Counted from the first letter of the stretch, positions 36,653 through 50,190 are shown. The stretch: 64,000 bases of DNA from Chiloscyllium plagiosum (GCF_004010195.1 NC_057719.1:14010364-14074363); one strand, 5' to 3'. Notes: generated by a model not told the origin, from the letters alone. Numbers and translations: made by a program.

Positions 36653-38344
36653 GACTATAACCTGGTGTGTTATTTTTAACTTTGTATACCCCAGTCCAAC
36701 ACCGGCATCTCCAAATCATAAAATCCAGAAAGACTTCTCAGAATCAAGAACAGAAATAATGCCAACAGATCTCAAACCAAACATCTTTCAATTTCCAAGT
36801 CTAAGGAGAAGGAACTCTGGAAGAATAATGAAAGCTCTAGAACACCATTCTTTGTGAATTCATAGACTTGGGGAATGATGAGGTTGTAGTCAATGTAATG
36901 ATATACACTTCCTTTATACTCTTCTAAGGCTTCACTCGATCTTCTGGCTCGGAACACTTCAATCCCAGGGCNNNNNNNNNNNNNNNNNNNNNNNNNNNNN
37001 NNNNNNNNNNNNNNNNNNNNNNNNNNNNNNNNNNNNNNNNNNNNNNNNNNNNNNNNNNNNNNNNNNNNNNNNNNNNNNNNNNNNNNNNNNNNNNNNNNNN
37101 NNNNNNNNNNNNNNNNNNNNNNNNNNNNNNNNNNNNNNNNNNNNNNNNNNNNNNNNNNNNNNNNNNNNNNNNNNNNNNNNNNNNNNNNNNNNNNNNNNNN
37201 NNNNNNNNNNNNNNNNNNNNNNNNNNNNNNNNNNNNNNNNNNNNNNNNNNNNNNNNNNNNNNNNNNNNNNNNNNNNNNNNNNNNNNNNNNNNNNNNNNNN
37301 NNNNNNNNNNNNNNNNNNNNNNNNNNNNNNNNNNNNNNNNNNNNNNNNNNNNNNNNNNNNNNNNNNNNNNNNNNNNNNNNNNNNNNNNNNNNNNNNNNNN
37401 NNNNNNNNNNNNNNNNNNNNNNNNNNNNNNNNNNNNNNNNNNNNNNNNNNNNNNNNNNNNNNNNNNNNNNNCATGTTGTACATCTCTATGACTATGACTC
37501 TATGACATGAATGTCTAAATTTTAAAATATGCTGTGGTGGAGATATTGTATATGGTAATGACACTTAAAGGGTTAATGGTGGAGATGGCATTACGCTCTA
37601 CTCAATCTGATGAAACCATTATTTAATAATCCACTATTTTAAAAAAAGGCTGCTTAGGATCTCAGAGAGAATGGTTATAGTCTTTGTAACCAGCTTTACC
37701 AAGATAAATCAGCCTGATTGTTAATATGCAAGAAACTGCATCTTGTTTTTGTCAAGAGCATTATTTATTTCGTTACATCCATGTGGTTTTGCTCGACTAT
37801 TGCAAAATAAGTAACCCCTAAGATCCAGTCAAGGACAAAGGATGACACAGCAAACTACCCCATGCACAAGCTGGTAATGCTCGGCATCATGTAAAGACTA
37901 CATCACTTTATTTTCTATATTTTTGACTATGGACTGAAATAGAAAAAAGAGTTTCGAACTCAAGGATTGCGGAAAGGATTGCTGCGCTTCCAAAAACGAG
38001 TTCCTGAAACTCATTGCGTATGGTGTTTGCACTGCTGCTTTGGTTAAGCAATGTGGGAACTGTTTGGGCAAGGCCTGGCACCAGTGAATGGATGCAGTGT
38101 GTGGCCACAGATGGCTGATTGGTTAGTGCACTTCTGACCCATCGTGGGTGCCAAAAGGTCATCAACCTCACGGCAACTCTTTTATTGGTTCCTTTGGGAT
38201 AAATAGTTCTTGCTGAGTAGATGAACTTGGTCAGTGTCTTCTGGTGGCTTGGTTCCTACAGATGGGTAATCATTTGCATACACTATGGCAACCCCATGAG
38301 TGCGGTGGAGGAATCTGGGTCTGTACATGATGGGGTTGAGAATG

Positions 38345-38720
38345 ATGAGGGGGGGATCTGATCGAAACTTGTAGGATACTAAAAGGCCTGGATAGATTGG
38401 GTGTGGAGAAGATGATTCACCTAGGAGGAGAGACTACAACCTAGGGCACAGCCTCAGGTTGCAGGGACATATCTTTAGAGCTGAGATGAGGAGGGTTTTC
38501 TTTAGCCAGAAGGTGGTTAATCTGTGGAACTCATTGCCACAGAAGGTTGTGGAGGCCAAATCATTCAATTTAAGCCAGAGATAGGTAGGTTGTTAATTAG
38601 TAAGGGCATCAAGGGTACAGGGAGAAGGCAGGAGAATGGGGTTGAGAAACATATCAGCCAGGATTGAATGCTGGAGCTGACTCGATGGGCCGAATGGTTT
38701 ATGGTGAAATCTTATGGTGT
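38345..38720 (+). mobile_element. CR1 3' fragment
   Basis: gggggatctgatcgaaac...tttagagctgagatgaggag...ctgtggaactcattgcc and tail gaaacatatcagcc. Confidence 0.85.
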
Positions 38721-39173
38721 TATGGGGTGACAAAGCTTCAGACATGGTGCATTTCCTAACGGGGTTGTAACAATCGCAGCAATATCCTCCAATATGTCTC
38801 TGAATATGGAAAAAAGTACAAGCAAGCTTTTCAATGACAGAGAATGTGAATGCATTGATTGTCAGGACAAGATTCTCACTCCATAGTGCACTGGTAATAA
38901 TGATCCTTATTTTCAGCTGTTGGGACACTGAATATGGCATTTATAACATTCCAGAAAATTCTCTCTGTAGCCAAGTGGCCTGCTCCTAACTCTGAACACC
39001 AAAATCAATGGAGTCTTTTTTTTAAGTGTATTCTTTGACTGCAAGGCCAACAGTTTAGCCCACAGTATTTTCCCTTAAACTCAGTGTCTCGTTCCATTTC
39101 AGTGGATGGTCAAGACTCATTCTGACTGCTGTGGGTCTCCAGTTATGAATGAACCAGACAGATATTTACAATA

Positions 39174-39362
39174 CTGAAAAATGTGTTGCTGGAAAAGTGC
39201 AGCAGGTCAGGCAGCAGCCAAGGATGGTCAGGCAGCATCTTCAGGGCTTATGCCCGAAACGTCGATTCTCCTGCTCCTTGGATGCTGCCTGACCTGCTGT
39301 GCTTTTCCAGCAACATATTTTTCAACTCTGATCTCCAGCATCTGCAGACCTCACTTTCTCCT
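39174..39362. mobile_element. Short PLE-derived element, family B, inverted dimer
   Basis: Inverted 5' part followed by a plus copy lacking CTGANGA. TSD agat(a/g)tttacaata (39160-39173 / 39363-39376). Confidence 0.85.
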
Positions 39363-39520
39363 AGATGTTTACAATAACCAATGTTCAACGTTACCAAGGC
39401 TAGCATTTAATTCTGGAGAGTTTTTTGTTTATATTCAGAAGTGTTCCTCCACACAAACGCATGTTTTATTTCCCCAACACCAGTCACCCGCGGTAGGTCT
39501 CATTTACATCTACTGATCAC

Positions 39521-39786
39521 CATCACAGCACCAGAGACTCGGGTTCAATTCCTGCCTCAGGCAACTGCCTGTGTGGAGTTTGCACGTTGTCTGCGTGGGT
39601 TTTCTCCGGGTGCTCTGGTTTCCTCCCACAGTCCATTAAAAAAAATGTGCAGGTTAGATAAATTGGCCGTGCTAAATTGCCCCTAGTGTTATATGTAGGG
39701 GAATGGGTCTGCATGGGTTGCTCTTCGGAGAGTCGGTGTGGACTTGTTGGGCCGAATGGCCTGTTTCTACACTAACTAATCTAATC
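39521..39786 (+). mobile_element. HE1 SINE, 5'-truncated
   Basis: tcacagcaccagagactcgggttcaattcc...tgtgtggagtttgcacg...actaatctaatc tail. Confidence 0.9.
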
Positions 39787-41019
39787 AGTAAATCACCCAT
39801 GTTTTCTATTGATTAATTTACATACAAAGCCTGTTCAGGACTTTGCATACCACCAAAGGTGAGGGAGAAGTGGGGCAAGAGATGCAGGCAGATGAAACAA
39901 AATAGATTTGGAATGGGTTCCAAGAGATTTTAGGGTCTTTTCTAATCAATCTGCTCAGAGATGTTATTATGCAGCAATGGAGCAGGCGAGGCTTCAATTC
40001 AAGCCTCCCAGCTCAGAGGAATGACACTACAACTGCAGCACAAATGCCCTTTCCACAGTTTTTAATTAATTAAGATTCCATCAGCTCTCATGGTGGGATT
40101 TGAACCTTTGTCCCTAGAGCATTAGCCCAGAGGTCTCTGGATTGCAATTATAATGACATGACGACATGCCACTGCCTTAAATCACAACGTGTACAATGAT
40201 GCCTACATTCCTTTGCCCTCCACGTTATAAATATGCAAGAAACACAACAATATTTAATACAAAGGTTGACTCTCATTTAAGTTTAATTGAAATCTTTAGA
40301 TTTATGAAGATAAATGTTACAGTGACAATTTATCCTTCATGCAGGCAAATAATCACACAATCCACATCAGCCCTTGTCATTACTGAGCACAGCACTTACA
40401 GTGTGTAGTGCCTGAGTAATTCGCACTGGAGTATTGCATTCAATTTTACTCTTAAAAATACTCTGCTGAAACCAAAGATTTATTTTGTGCATAGCTGGCC
40501 TCTTTTGCCTCGTTACCTTTGTATTCATCTATTGACCTCGTCTGTGCCTCTTCCTGACAAACATCGGAATGAAAAGCATACAATCCCCCCAAATAAATAT
40601 TAAAAATGGGCAAGAGGAAAATATAAGCTGAACAGAAGTGAAATTGAAATTGTGGAGTGCCATTTCAAAAGAAGATTGGCCACCTACATAATCATATTTA
40701 TATGCTAATTTAATTTATTTCACAGAAGCTGTTCAGAATCCAATGTGGAGCCTGTGGCAGATGACTATGAAGCTTTATGGAGATATAATATGGCACCCCA
40801 GATATATAGAGTGTGTCCAAGATGATGGAACTAATTAAAGGTAGTGTCTGAGAAGGACTTACATTAACTCTTCCCCGCCTCAAGGCACAAAGCTTGTTTG
40901 CTAATTTTAGTAAGATATGTGTTGTCACAGCCAAATGTAAAACCTAACACAGGGATGTTACCGAGAGTAACGGCAGGTTGTGAATGTCAATTACTGTATA
41001 CACCTTATACTGTATATAC

Positions 41020-41152
41020 CCCACTACCACCTGATGAAGGAGCGGCGCTCCAAATGCTAGTGTGCTTCCAATTAAACCTGTTGGACTATAACCTGGTGTT
41101 GTGTGATTTTTAACTTTGTACACCCCAGTCCAACACCGGCATCTCCAAATCA
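41020..41152 (+). mobile_element. Short PLE-derived element, family A (GAAA mutated)
   Basis: Family A sequence; TSD gtatacacctta (40996-41007 / 41154-41165). Confidence 0.87.
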
Positions 41153-41734
41153 CGTATACACCTTACTTTCTTCATTGGAAAGATGCAAACCCAAGTTCAA
41201 AGGTCACTGCCTCAGAAATGCGATGCATTTTACCACAGAGTGTCTATGACCAAGTCTCAGCCCTTTGAGATTAGCTCTTAAACAGCAAACACCCTGAATG
41301 ATCAGTAACAGGAGGGCAGGCACATCCACAAGAGTGAAGGAACCATGCATTTTTATTCCAGGTGTCAGCCTTAGCCCAGAAATTTATTTTTTGTTGAGTC
41401 CCAACTTGATGTTTCTTCAAAAGAAACAGTTCGGAGTACTATTGACCACAGACAGGGCTCTCATTCAGAACAACAGTCGATGTTCAATCATTAAGAATGT
41501 TTGTCCTTCTCTTGAAGATTGCCACTTTGCTTTTTTTCATTTCAACATTGCCAGTTGAATCTTGTTGTAAAACACAACAATAAATACTTGTTTCAAAGAG
41601 TTAGGAGCAACTGCTTTCAGCAATTGATTACTATTGGATAAATTGTACCATATTTTGGTAAAGTGTCATTTTCATTAAGTTGGAAGGACTCTCTCTGTGA
41701 GGTTGAAAGTCTTTTCAAGTATTTTTCCTTTGTT

Positions 41735-42080
41735 CATTGATGGGATGTGAGCATCACTGGCCAGGCAGCATTTATTGTCCATCCCTAATTACCCAGAGGA
41801 CAGTCAAGAGTCAATCACATTGCTGTAGGTCTGGAGTCACTTCTCAGCCAGACCAGGTAAGGATGGCAGTTTCCTCCTCTGAAGGGTGTTAGTGAAGCAG
41901 ATGGGTTTTTCCCGACAATCGTCAATGGATTCATGGCCATCATTAGATTCGTAATTTCAGGTCTTTATTGAATTCAAATTCCACCATCTGCAATGGTAGG
42001 ATTCAAATGCAGGTCCCCAGAACATTATCTGAGTCTCTGGATTAACAGTCCAGCAATAATACCATTTGGCCATTGCCTCC
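41735..42080 (-). mobile_element. Old tRNA-derived shark SINE (non-HE1), near full length
   Basis: Tail gcatttattgtccatccctaatt shared with the LINE at 4995; body and head match 4325-4600. Confidence 0.78.
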
Positions 42081-42529
42081 CCACGTGCAAACACCCCAAA
42101 CGTGTGTCATTAACTACCAAATAGACCCTGATGACTACACAGCGGCAGTCTAGTCTAATCTCAGAGGATACTCTTGACTGACTGTGTTGGGATCCCACAT
42201 CCCTCCCCACTCCCCACCCCTCTCCCACCCTGCACCAACTGAAGGGGGTCTTCCTGGACTTCACTGAGGACTACAGCTCTTCAACTTTGAGAAGTAGTTT
42301 TTTGGTTGAAGCACATGCGGTGTGTTTGCTACATTCTTGGCTGGTACATGGTACAGGTCTGAGAATGAGGTAGCACAGTGCCACACAACAACACATCCAC
42401 TCCCTAGACCGATCACTGCTGGCAAACATGTCAAGCTATTCGGCATTGAGTCTGTATTGAAAGGTGAGGCAAAAGCTGGAAATACATTGAGGGTTCGCTG
42501 AGAGGGCAAGGTGCAAAAAGACAAGGCTG

Positions 42530-42845
42530 CACTCTGTAAGTGACAGAACCCTCCGAAACATTAACATACAGATAGATCTGGGCATGCAGGTCCACGTTCC
42601 TTAAAATTGGCAAGCCAGTGGCCAAGGTAATTATGAAAGCATATGGCATGCTCGCCTTCATCTGCCAGGGCATAGGGTACAAGAGTTGGAAAACCATGTT
42701 GCAGCTGTATAAAACCCTTGTTAGGCCACATTTGGAGTATTGTGTGCAGTTTTGGTCACCACGCTACCAGCAGGATGTGGAAGCTTTGGAGGGAGTGCAG
42801 AGAAGGTTCACCAGGATGTTAACTGGTCTTGAGGGCATGGGCCTC
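42530..42845 (+). mobile_element. CR1 RT C-terminal fragment
   Basis: KAYGMLAFI..LQLYKTLVRPHLEYCVQFWSP. Confidence 0.88.
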
Positions 42846-43059
42846 ACTTGAATTCTTATGTGATTCTCCCAAACATCTCATCATAGCCCACAGTGTTCAG
42901 GGCCTGGGAAGATCTCATCTCATTCCATTTGGTCTCTCTGATTCCTGTTCTGTACTCTGTCTGGGACTGTTTGCTGTTGGTGTGTTCTTGGGCTCGATCA
43001 TGACAGTCACTGACCTCCTCCACCTCCTCTGTACAAGCAACCATTGGAGGAGTCTCACC

Positions 43060-43551
43060 CTTGTTTATATGTAAGCAGATAAGACTTCAGGCCAAAGTGG
43101 TCATGTTTTAGAAGTCACCTGTATAATGAAAGGGGAGTGGTCAGTTCTGAACGATAAAGTTAATTTTGAGGGAGTTCAGCTGTGGAGCTGTGTGGAAACA
43201 GCCTGCTAGACTCTCTCTCCTTCTGCCCTTCTAACTTCGACCTATAAGCCTTTATTTCATTTTTACTGTGGTTAAGAAGGTTTGTTTATTGGGACTGTTG
43301 TGCACATTCAGAACAGCATAATAAAATCAAGTTTGGATAGATTATGTTCTGTGGGTATACTTTATTCAGTTCTTTGTGTTTCATTCTGTAATTTTGTGAA
43401 TAAACCTTTGTCTGTTTTAAAACCTGGTAGTCAACCTAGCTAACTTACTCAGAGTAATTTTTACTATACCCTTACCAAAACAAATTGCAAAGTTATGGTC
43501 TGAGACTGCCTGCTTAAGAATGCTTTGTGTGGTCTGGCCCAGTACATAACA
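43060..43551 (+). repeat. 5' LTR (5'-truncated)
   Basis: Aligns with about 50511-51199, e.g. cagctgtggagctgtgtggaaacagcctgctag; ends cataaca. Confidence 0.88.
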
Positions 43552-43554
43552 GAT

Positions 43555-43572
43555 CGGAGGCTCATCCAGGAT
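43555..43572 (+). promoter_or_regulatory. Primer binding site, tRNA-Pro type (degenerate)
   Basis: cggaggctcatccaggat matches TGGGGGCTCGTCCGGGAT at 14/18 and lies 3 nt after the LTR. Confidence 0.72.
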
Positions 43573-43650
43573 TTTAAACAGCGGGTTGTAGGTGCTAGTG
43601 TCTTTATTTTGGGTGTTGATTTGGTTGGGTAGACAAAGCTTGGGATAGTA

Positions 43651-45440
43651 ATGGCTCTTTCAGATGCCAAAAGATTTCTGGAAGTGGATGCAGTGACTTT
43701 GGAAGTTTTGCAAAAGGTGAATAAGACCAAGCTGCAGGAATTAGCAGAGAAGCTGGGATTGGACCTGCCTGCTTCTGTGAGGAAAGGGGAGATAATTACA
43801 GCTGTAGCTCAGCATTTCAATTCACTGGGAATGCAATCAGGATCTAAGGAGATGGCAAGAATTCGATTGCAAATTAAGCAACTTGAGTTAGAGGTGAGAG
43901 CATTGAGTACAGGAGTTGGGAGGTCATGTTGCAGCTGTACAGGATATTGGTTAGGCCACTGTTGGAATATTGCGGGCAATTCTGGTCTCCTTCCTATCGG
44001 AAAGATGTTGTGAAACTTGAAAGGGTTCAGAAAAGATTTACAAGGATGTTGCCAGGGTTGAAGGATTTGAGCTACAGGGAGAGGCTGAACAGGCTGGGGC
44101 TGTTTTCCCTGCAGCGTCGGAGGCTGAGGGGTGACCTTATAGAAATTTACAAACTTATGAGGGGCATGGATAGGGTAAATAGGCAAAGTCTTTTCTCTCG
44201 TGTCGGGAGTCCAGAACTAGAGGGCATAGGTTTAGGGTGAGAGGGGAAAGATATAAAAAAGACCTAAGGGGCAACTTTTTCACGCAGAGGGTGGTACGTG
44301 TATGGAATGAGCTGCCAGAGGAACTGATGAAGGCTGGTACAATTGTAACATTTAAGAAGCATTTGGATGGGTGTATGAATAGGAAGGGTTTGGAGGGATA
44401 TGGGCCAGGTGCTGGCAGGTGGGACTAGATTGGGTTGGGATATCTGGTTGGCATGGACGGATTGGACCGAAGGGTCTGTTTCCATGCTGTACATTTCTGT
44501 GACTCTATGACTGTAAGGAAAGGGCAGCAGAGATGAAATAGTTTGAGTTACAATTAAAAGCAGGAGAGAAAAAGAGAGAGCAGCACAAGAGAGAGAAAAA
44601 GAGAGAACATTTGAACTGCAAGAACTGACACTTAAAAAGTAGTCACCTTAAAAGGCTGGAGATAAAGACTTAGGTCGGCTTAGTGAGGATGAGCAAGCCA
44701 CCAGTAGTCAGAAACCCAGTGAGAAAAAGTTTAAGTATGTTCAAGCATTGCCTAAATTTGATGAGGAGGATATGGAAGCCTTTTTCATCTCATTTGAAAA
44801 AGTGGCTAAACAAATGCCAAAAACCATGTGCATTTTACTGATCCAAACAAAACTTGTAAGTAGGGCTAGTGAGGTATTTGCATCACAATCAGAGGAGGTA
44901 TCTGGGGAGTATAAGGAGGTGACAAAAGCCATTTGAAGTGCATATGAGCTTGCACCAGACGCCTCTAGACAACGTTTCAGGAATTTAAGGAGGGGCCCTC
45001 GTCAAACCTATATTGAGTTTGAAAAGATCAAACTGCATAATTTCGATAGATAAATAAGAGCTTTAAAAATTTAGCAAACCTATGATGGCCTTAGAGAGGT
45101 AACTATTTCAGAGGAATTCAAAAATTCACTTCCTGAAGCAGCACAAACTCATGTGAAAGAGCAGAGAGCTAAAACAGCATGGATAGCAGCTGAAGTGGCT
45201 GATGATTGTGAGCTGCTCCGTAAAACTCGGTTTGGCTTCCAGAATCAATTTCCATGAGGGATAGAAACTGGGGCAAAAAGAAATCCTCACATGGAAAAGG
45301 AAAGGTAGATCTCAGTGAAGATCATAAGGAGAACTTACCATAGGGTAAAAAATAAACCCTTGAGGGGGACAAAGAAGGTAAAAATACTCGGTGTTTTCAT
45401 TGTAATAATGTGGGCCACACAAAATCACAGTGTTGGTGGG
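43651..45440 (+). pseudogene. gag with SCAN-related capsid region and CCHC zinc knuckle, interrupted by HER1
   Basis: MALSDAKRFL..., PKFDEEDMEAFFISFEKVA, YELAPDASRQRFRNL, CFHCNNVGHTKSQC (45392-45433). Confidence 0.82.
43893..44512 (+). mobile_element. HER1 CR1 3' fragment inserted in gag
   Basis: LQLYRILVRPLLEYCGQFWSP...QRVVRVWNELP; HER1 tail; gag-like sequence resumes at 44513. Confidence 0.93.
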
Positions 45441-45599
45441 CTAGGAGAAAGCCAGATGTAGGAAAACCAGACAAGACTTGGAGTTTTGTTGGACTAGTGA
45501 CAAAAAGCACAAGCGAAAATTAGACAACTGCCTCAGAGTGTACACAATGATCAGAGGTTGGTTAAGGAGGATGTACCAGATCTGCTTAAAAAATTTATA

Positions 45600-45900
45600 T
45601 GCAAGGGTAAAGTTTATTCACATAGGCCAGGAGCAGTAGGTAAGGAGGTTACAATATTAAGGAACACAGGATCCTCTCAGTCTGTGTTGCTGAAGGATGA
45701 GGAGATATGTACTCCTGAAGGACTATTACCAGAAAAGGTACTAATAACAGGAATTCATGGTGAGACAACAAGTGCTCAGTTATGCAAAGTAAGGCTAGAA
45801 AGTCCAGAGAAGAGTGGAGAATTTGTGGTAGGAGTACTGGATAAATTCTCACTCCAGGAATACAGGTTGTCCTTGCAAATGATATAGCTGATTCACCGGT
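45600..45900 (+). pseudogene. Retrotransposon aspartic protease
   Basis: VTILRNTGSSQS (DTG changed to NTG). Confidence 0.75.
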
Positions 45901-46359
45901 AGGCATGCTGCCTACTCTAGTTGAGAAGCCAGTGGAGAGTCAAGCAACTGAAGAAATGCAAGACGTTTATCCAGGCATCTTGCCAGATTGGGTGGTCACA
46001 AGATGACAGATGTACAAGCTGAAGCAGGAGAGATCAAAAGGCACAGATAAGGATGCTGAAACAGCTTTATCAGATACTTGTTTTGATCAGATAAGTGGAA
46101 CAGAGAAGGAGCAAATGCATGGTAAACATGGAAGTATCCTTAGCTCTGCTAAGCTGATTGAGTTACAGCAGAAGGATGAGAACTTAAAGCAGTTGTATCA
46201 AAAGGCATATACAGAAAAGGAGAGTGAATGCATCCCTGTGTGATATTCCTTAAAATTTATGTCTTCATGAGGAAATGGAGACCATCACACATTCAAGCAG
46301 ATGAGAAATGGGCAGATGTTCATCAGATCATTTGCCAGTAGGGTAGAGACAGTAGGTAC

Positions 46360-48730
46360 TGCGAGTGGTGCATGAGCTACCACTTTTGGGGTAAGAAAAA
46401 CACAGGCTAAAATACAAAGACATTTTTACTTGCCTGGACTACAAAAGATGTAATTGAAATCTGCCAGACATGTCATACATGTCAGCTAATCAGAAAATCA
46501 CAAGCTGTAATAAAATCTGCACCTTTAATACCTACTCCAACCTTTGAGGAACCTTTCACAAGAGTCTTGATTGACTGCATAGGTCCCCTACCTGAATAAA
46601 AAAGTGGGAATAAGTATTTATTAACAATAATGGATGCATCAACTAGATTTCCAGTGGCAATTCCATTACATTAAAAGGGTACATCACAACTAAAAGGTTT
46701 GTAGAAGAATTGATCAAATTTCTTTACTAGATACGAACTACCAATAGAGATCCAATCAGATCAAGGATCAAACTTCACATCCAAGCTATTCATGGAGGTT
46801 ATGGATTACTTGGGAGTAAAGCTATTCAAATCTACTGCATGCTACTTCAAATCCCCAGGGCCAGATGGGATCTATCCCAGGTTGCTGAGGGAGGCGAGAG
46901 AGGAAATAGCTGGGGCCCTGACAGAAACCTTTGTGGCATCCTTAAACACAGGAGATAAACTCTCACTCCAGGTGAGATGACAGAGGTCTGGAGGGTTGCT
47001 CATGTTGTACCCCTGTACAAGAAGGGTAGTAGGGATATTCCGGATAACTACAGACCAGTGAGCCTGACGTCGGTAGTGGGAAAGTTGCTGGAGAAGGTAC
47101 TGAGGGATAGGATCTATTTATATTTAGAAAAGAATGGCCTTATCAGTGATAGGCAACAAGGTTTTGTGTGGGGGAGATCGTGCCTCACCAACTTAATAGA
47201 GTTCTTTGAGGAAGTGACCAAGTTGATAGATGAAGGAAGGGCTGTTGATGTCATATANNNNNNNNNNNNNNNNNNNNNNNNNNNNNNNNNNNNNNNNNNN
47301 NNTGACATGAAGATTGGTGGAGTAGCAGAAAGCATAAGGGACTGTTAGAGAATACAGGAGAATAAAGATAGACTGGAGAGTTGGGCGGAAAAGTGGTAGA
47401 TGGTTTTCAATCCAGACAAATGCGAGTTGATGCATTTAGGTAAGACTAATTCTAGAGTGAATTATACCAATGAATGGAAAAGTTGATGGGCAGAGAGATC
47501 TGGGTGTGCAGGTCCATTGTACCCTGAAGGTTGCTGCACAGGTGGATAGCGTGGTCAAGAAGGCATATAGTACGCTTGCCTTCATTGGATGGGGTATTGA
47601 GTATAAGAGCTGGCAAGTCATGTTAAAATTGTACAAGACATTGGTTCGGTCGCATTTAGAATACTGTGTACAGTTCTGGTCGCCACATTACCAAAAGGAT
47701 GTGGACGCTTTGGAGAGGGTGCAGAGAAGGTTTACGAGGATGTTGCCTGGTATGGAAGCTGCTAAATATGAAGAGAAGTTGAGTAGGTTAGGATTGTTTT
47801 CATTAGAAAAAAGGGGATTGAGGTGGGACCTGATTGAGGTTTACAAAATCATGAACGGTATAGACAGGGTGGATAGAGACAAGCTTTTTCCCAGGGTGAA
47901 GGATTCAATAAAGAGAGGTCACACTTTCAAGGTGAGAGTGGAAAGTTTAAGGGGGATACAAGCGGCAAGTACTTCACACAGGGGGTGGTGGGCATTTGGA
48001 ATGTGTTGCCAGCAGAGGTGGTAGAGACATGCACGGTAGATTCATTTAAGTTGCGTCTGGATAAATACATGAGTAGGTGGGGAGTAGAGGGATACAGATG
48101 CTTAGGAATTGACCGACAGGGTTAGACAGTACATTTGGATCGGCTCAGGCTTGGAGGGCTGAAGGGCCTGTTCCTGGGCTGTAAATTTTCTTTGTTATTT
48201 GCTCTCTTTGCCATCCAGAATCACAGGGAGTGCTGGAGAGATGTTAAGGCCTTATAGTTAGGATTATCCAGATGATTGGGATAAGGGAGCTCTGTTTGTA
48301 CTTTTTGCAATCAGAGATGCACCAAATAAATAGATCAAATTCAGTCCATTTGAATTAATTTTGGGGCATGAAGTGGGATGACCGTTAAAATTGATTAAGG
48401 AGAAATTAATAAGTCAGAATTCAGAGACCACCCATTTGGTATACTTATCAAGTTTTAGAGAATGATTAAATAGAGCTGGAGAGTTGACTAGACAACATAT
48501 AAAAGTATCACAGCATACAATGAGACAGAAATCAAAAATTCACAGTTTTGCAATTGGGGATATGGTATTGGTATTACTTCCAGTAACAGGGGAGCCTTTA
48601 AAAGCCAGTTTAGTGGATCATATCAAACCGAGAGGAAATTGAGAGAGCTGAATGACTTGATAGGGATTCCAGAAAGGAAGAAATCTCACAGAGTGTGTCA
48701 TGTGAATATGCTGAAAAGGTATTTCAACAA
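46360..48730 (+). pseudogene. Integrase, split by a CR1 insertion
   Basis: Zn-finger CQTCHTCQ, RVLIDCIGPLP, IQSDQGSNFTS, KSTAC|HPESQGVLER across the insertion, C-terminal RVCHVNMLKRY. Confidence 0.88.
46843..48208 (+). mobile_element. CR1 RT fragment inserted in the integrase (contains an N gap)
   Basis: KSPGPDGIYPRLLRE, NYRPVSLTSVVGK, SCLTNLIEFF, HLEYCVQFWSP; tgc on both sides. Confidence 0.93.
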
Positions 48731-48899
48731 GGAAAAAAAGCAAGAGGAGATGGTGTTAATGATTACAGCACAGAGGGAAAAACCAAGTTCAGAAGATTCT
48801 GAATTGGACAATGAGGAAGTTGATAAAAATTGGGATAAATTATTGAATTACCCTCCACAAGAAAATCGAAATGACCTAAAAGAGCTATTGCTATCACAT

Positions 48900-50190
48900 G
48901 GGGAGATATGCGGAAATAAACGGAAGTACTAACCTAATTGTGCATGATGTAGATATAGGACATGTTGTTTTGATTAAGCAACATCCTTGTAGGCATAACC
49001 CTCTAAAGTTGGCACAGGTTCAGAGGGAGATAGAGCACATGCTCCAAGATGGCACAATCGAAGTGAGTTACAGTGAATGGAGCTCACCCATATTCATGGC
49101 GAGATGATACCCAACGGTCATGTATGGACTATCGCAAAGTCAATGCCGTTACAAAGACAGATGCATATCCAATTCCACATTGGGAAGACTGTGCGAAAAA
49201 GGTGGGACAAGCAACTTACATTTCTAAGTTAGACCTGCTCAGAGGCTATTGGTAGGTACCTCTGTCAGAGAACAAAAGCAATTTTGGCCTTTGTAACGGC
49301 AAATGGACTATATTAGTTCAAAGTCATACCACTTGGTATGAAAAATGCTCCAGCCACATTTCAGAGACTGACTAGTAAGATCATTGCTGGATTACCCAAC
49401 TGTGTTGTTTACATTGATGAGCTGGTGATTTTTAGTCACTCATGGAAGGAGCATTTACAGCATTTATTGGACTTGTTCGATCGACTTTGGAAGGCAGGCT
49501 TGGTGGTAAACCGAGCTAAAAGTGAGTTTGCCAAAACCCAAGTCACCTTCCTGGGTCATGTTGTTGGACATGGACAAATGGCCCCATGAGATGCAAAAAT
49601 AAAACTAATTGGGGAATTTCCCACACTGTCAACAAAAAGATCAGTACTACGGTTCCTGAGATTGAGTGGATTTTACAGAAAGTTTGTGTCGAACTTTAGC
49701 AATGTGGCTGCTCCACTCACTGAATTATTAAAAAAGGGCAAGAAGTTTCCATGAACAGCGGACTGTCTAAAGGCATTTGACAGCGTAAAAGCTGTGTTAA
49801 CCACTGCCCCAGTATTCTCCACACTGGATTACATGAAGCCTTTCAAGGTGGCTATCGATGCCAGTGATGTGGGTGCCGGTGTGGTGTTCCTGCAGGAGGT
49901 TGACGAGGTATTAGAAAGATCCATCGGGTATTTTTCCAGGAAGTTGAATGTTCATCAACAGAAATATTCAATGGTGGAGAAAGAGACTTCGAGCTTGGTG
50001 TTGGCATTACAACATTTCAGTGTTTATATTACCAGCAATGCATCTGAGACAATCGTATACACTGATCATAACCCATTGGCATGTGTGGAAAAATTTAAAG
50101 ACAAAAATACCAGACTGTTTAGATGGAGCTTGTTGTTGCAGCCATTGTGCACGTGGCAGGTCATGAAAACGTGATTGCCGATGCGTTATT
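48900..50190 (+). pseudogene. Gypsy-type reverse transcriptase and RNase H
   Basis: MDYRKVNAVT, LDLLRGYW, MKNAPATFQRL, YIDE (from YIDD), FLGH; AIDASDVGAG, EKE, TDHNPL. Confidence 0.92.

Larger units (their letters stand above)
34069..36717 (+). mobile_element. 5'-truncated Neptune-type Penelope-like retroelement (family A parent)
   Basis: RT, Cys linker, GIY-YIG, CA-rich 3' UTR (35800-36110) and terminal hammerhead. Diverged TSD ataaaagtctagaga (34054-34068) / ataaaatccagaaa (36718-36731). Confidence 0.93.

Noticed and set aside
36959..37564. 201-aa ORF, and other ORFs spanning N runs near 19475, 47258 and 61073
   Set aside because: They are artefacts of assembly gaps, which fall in CR1/HER1 copies.
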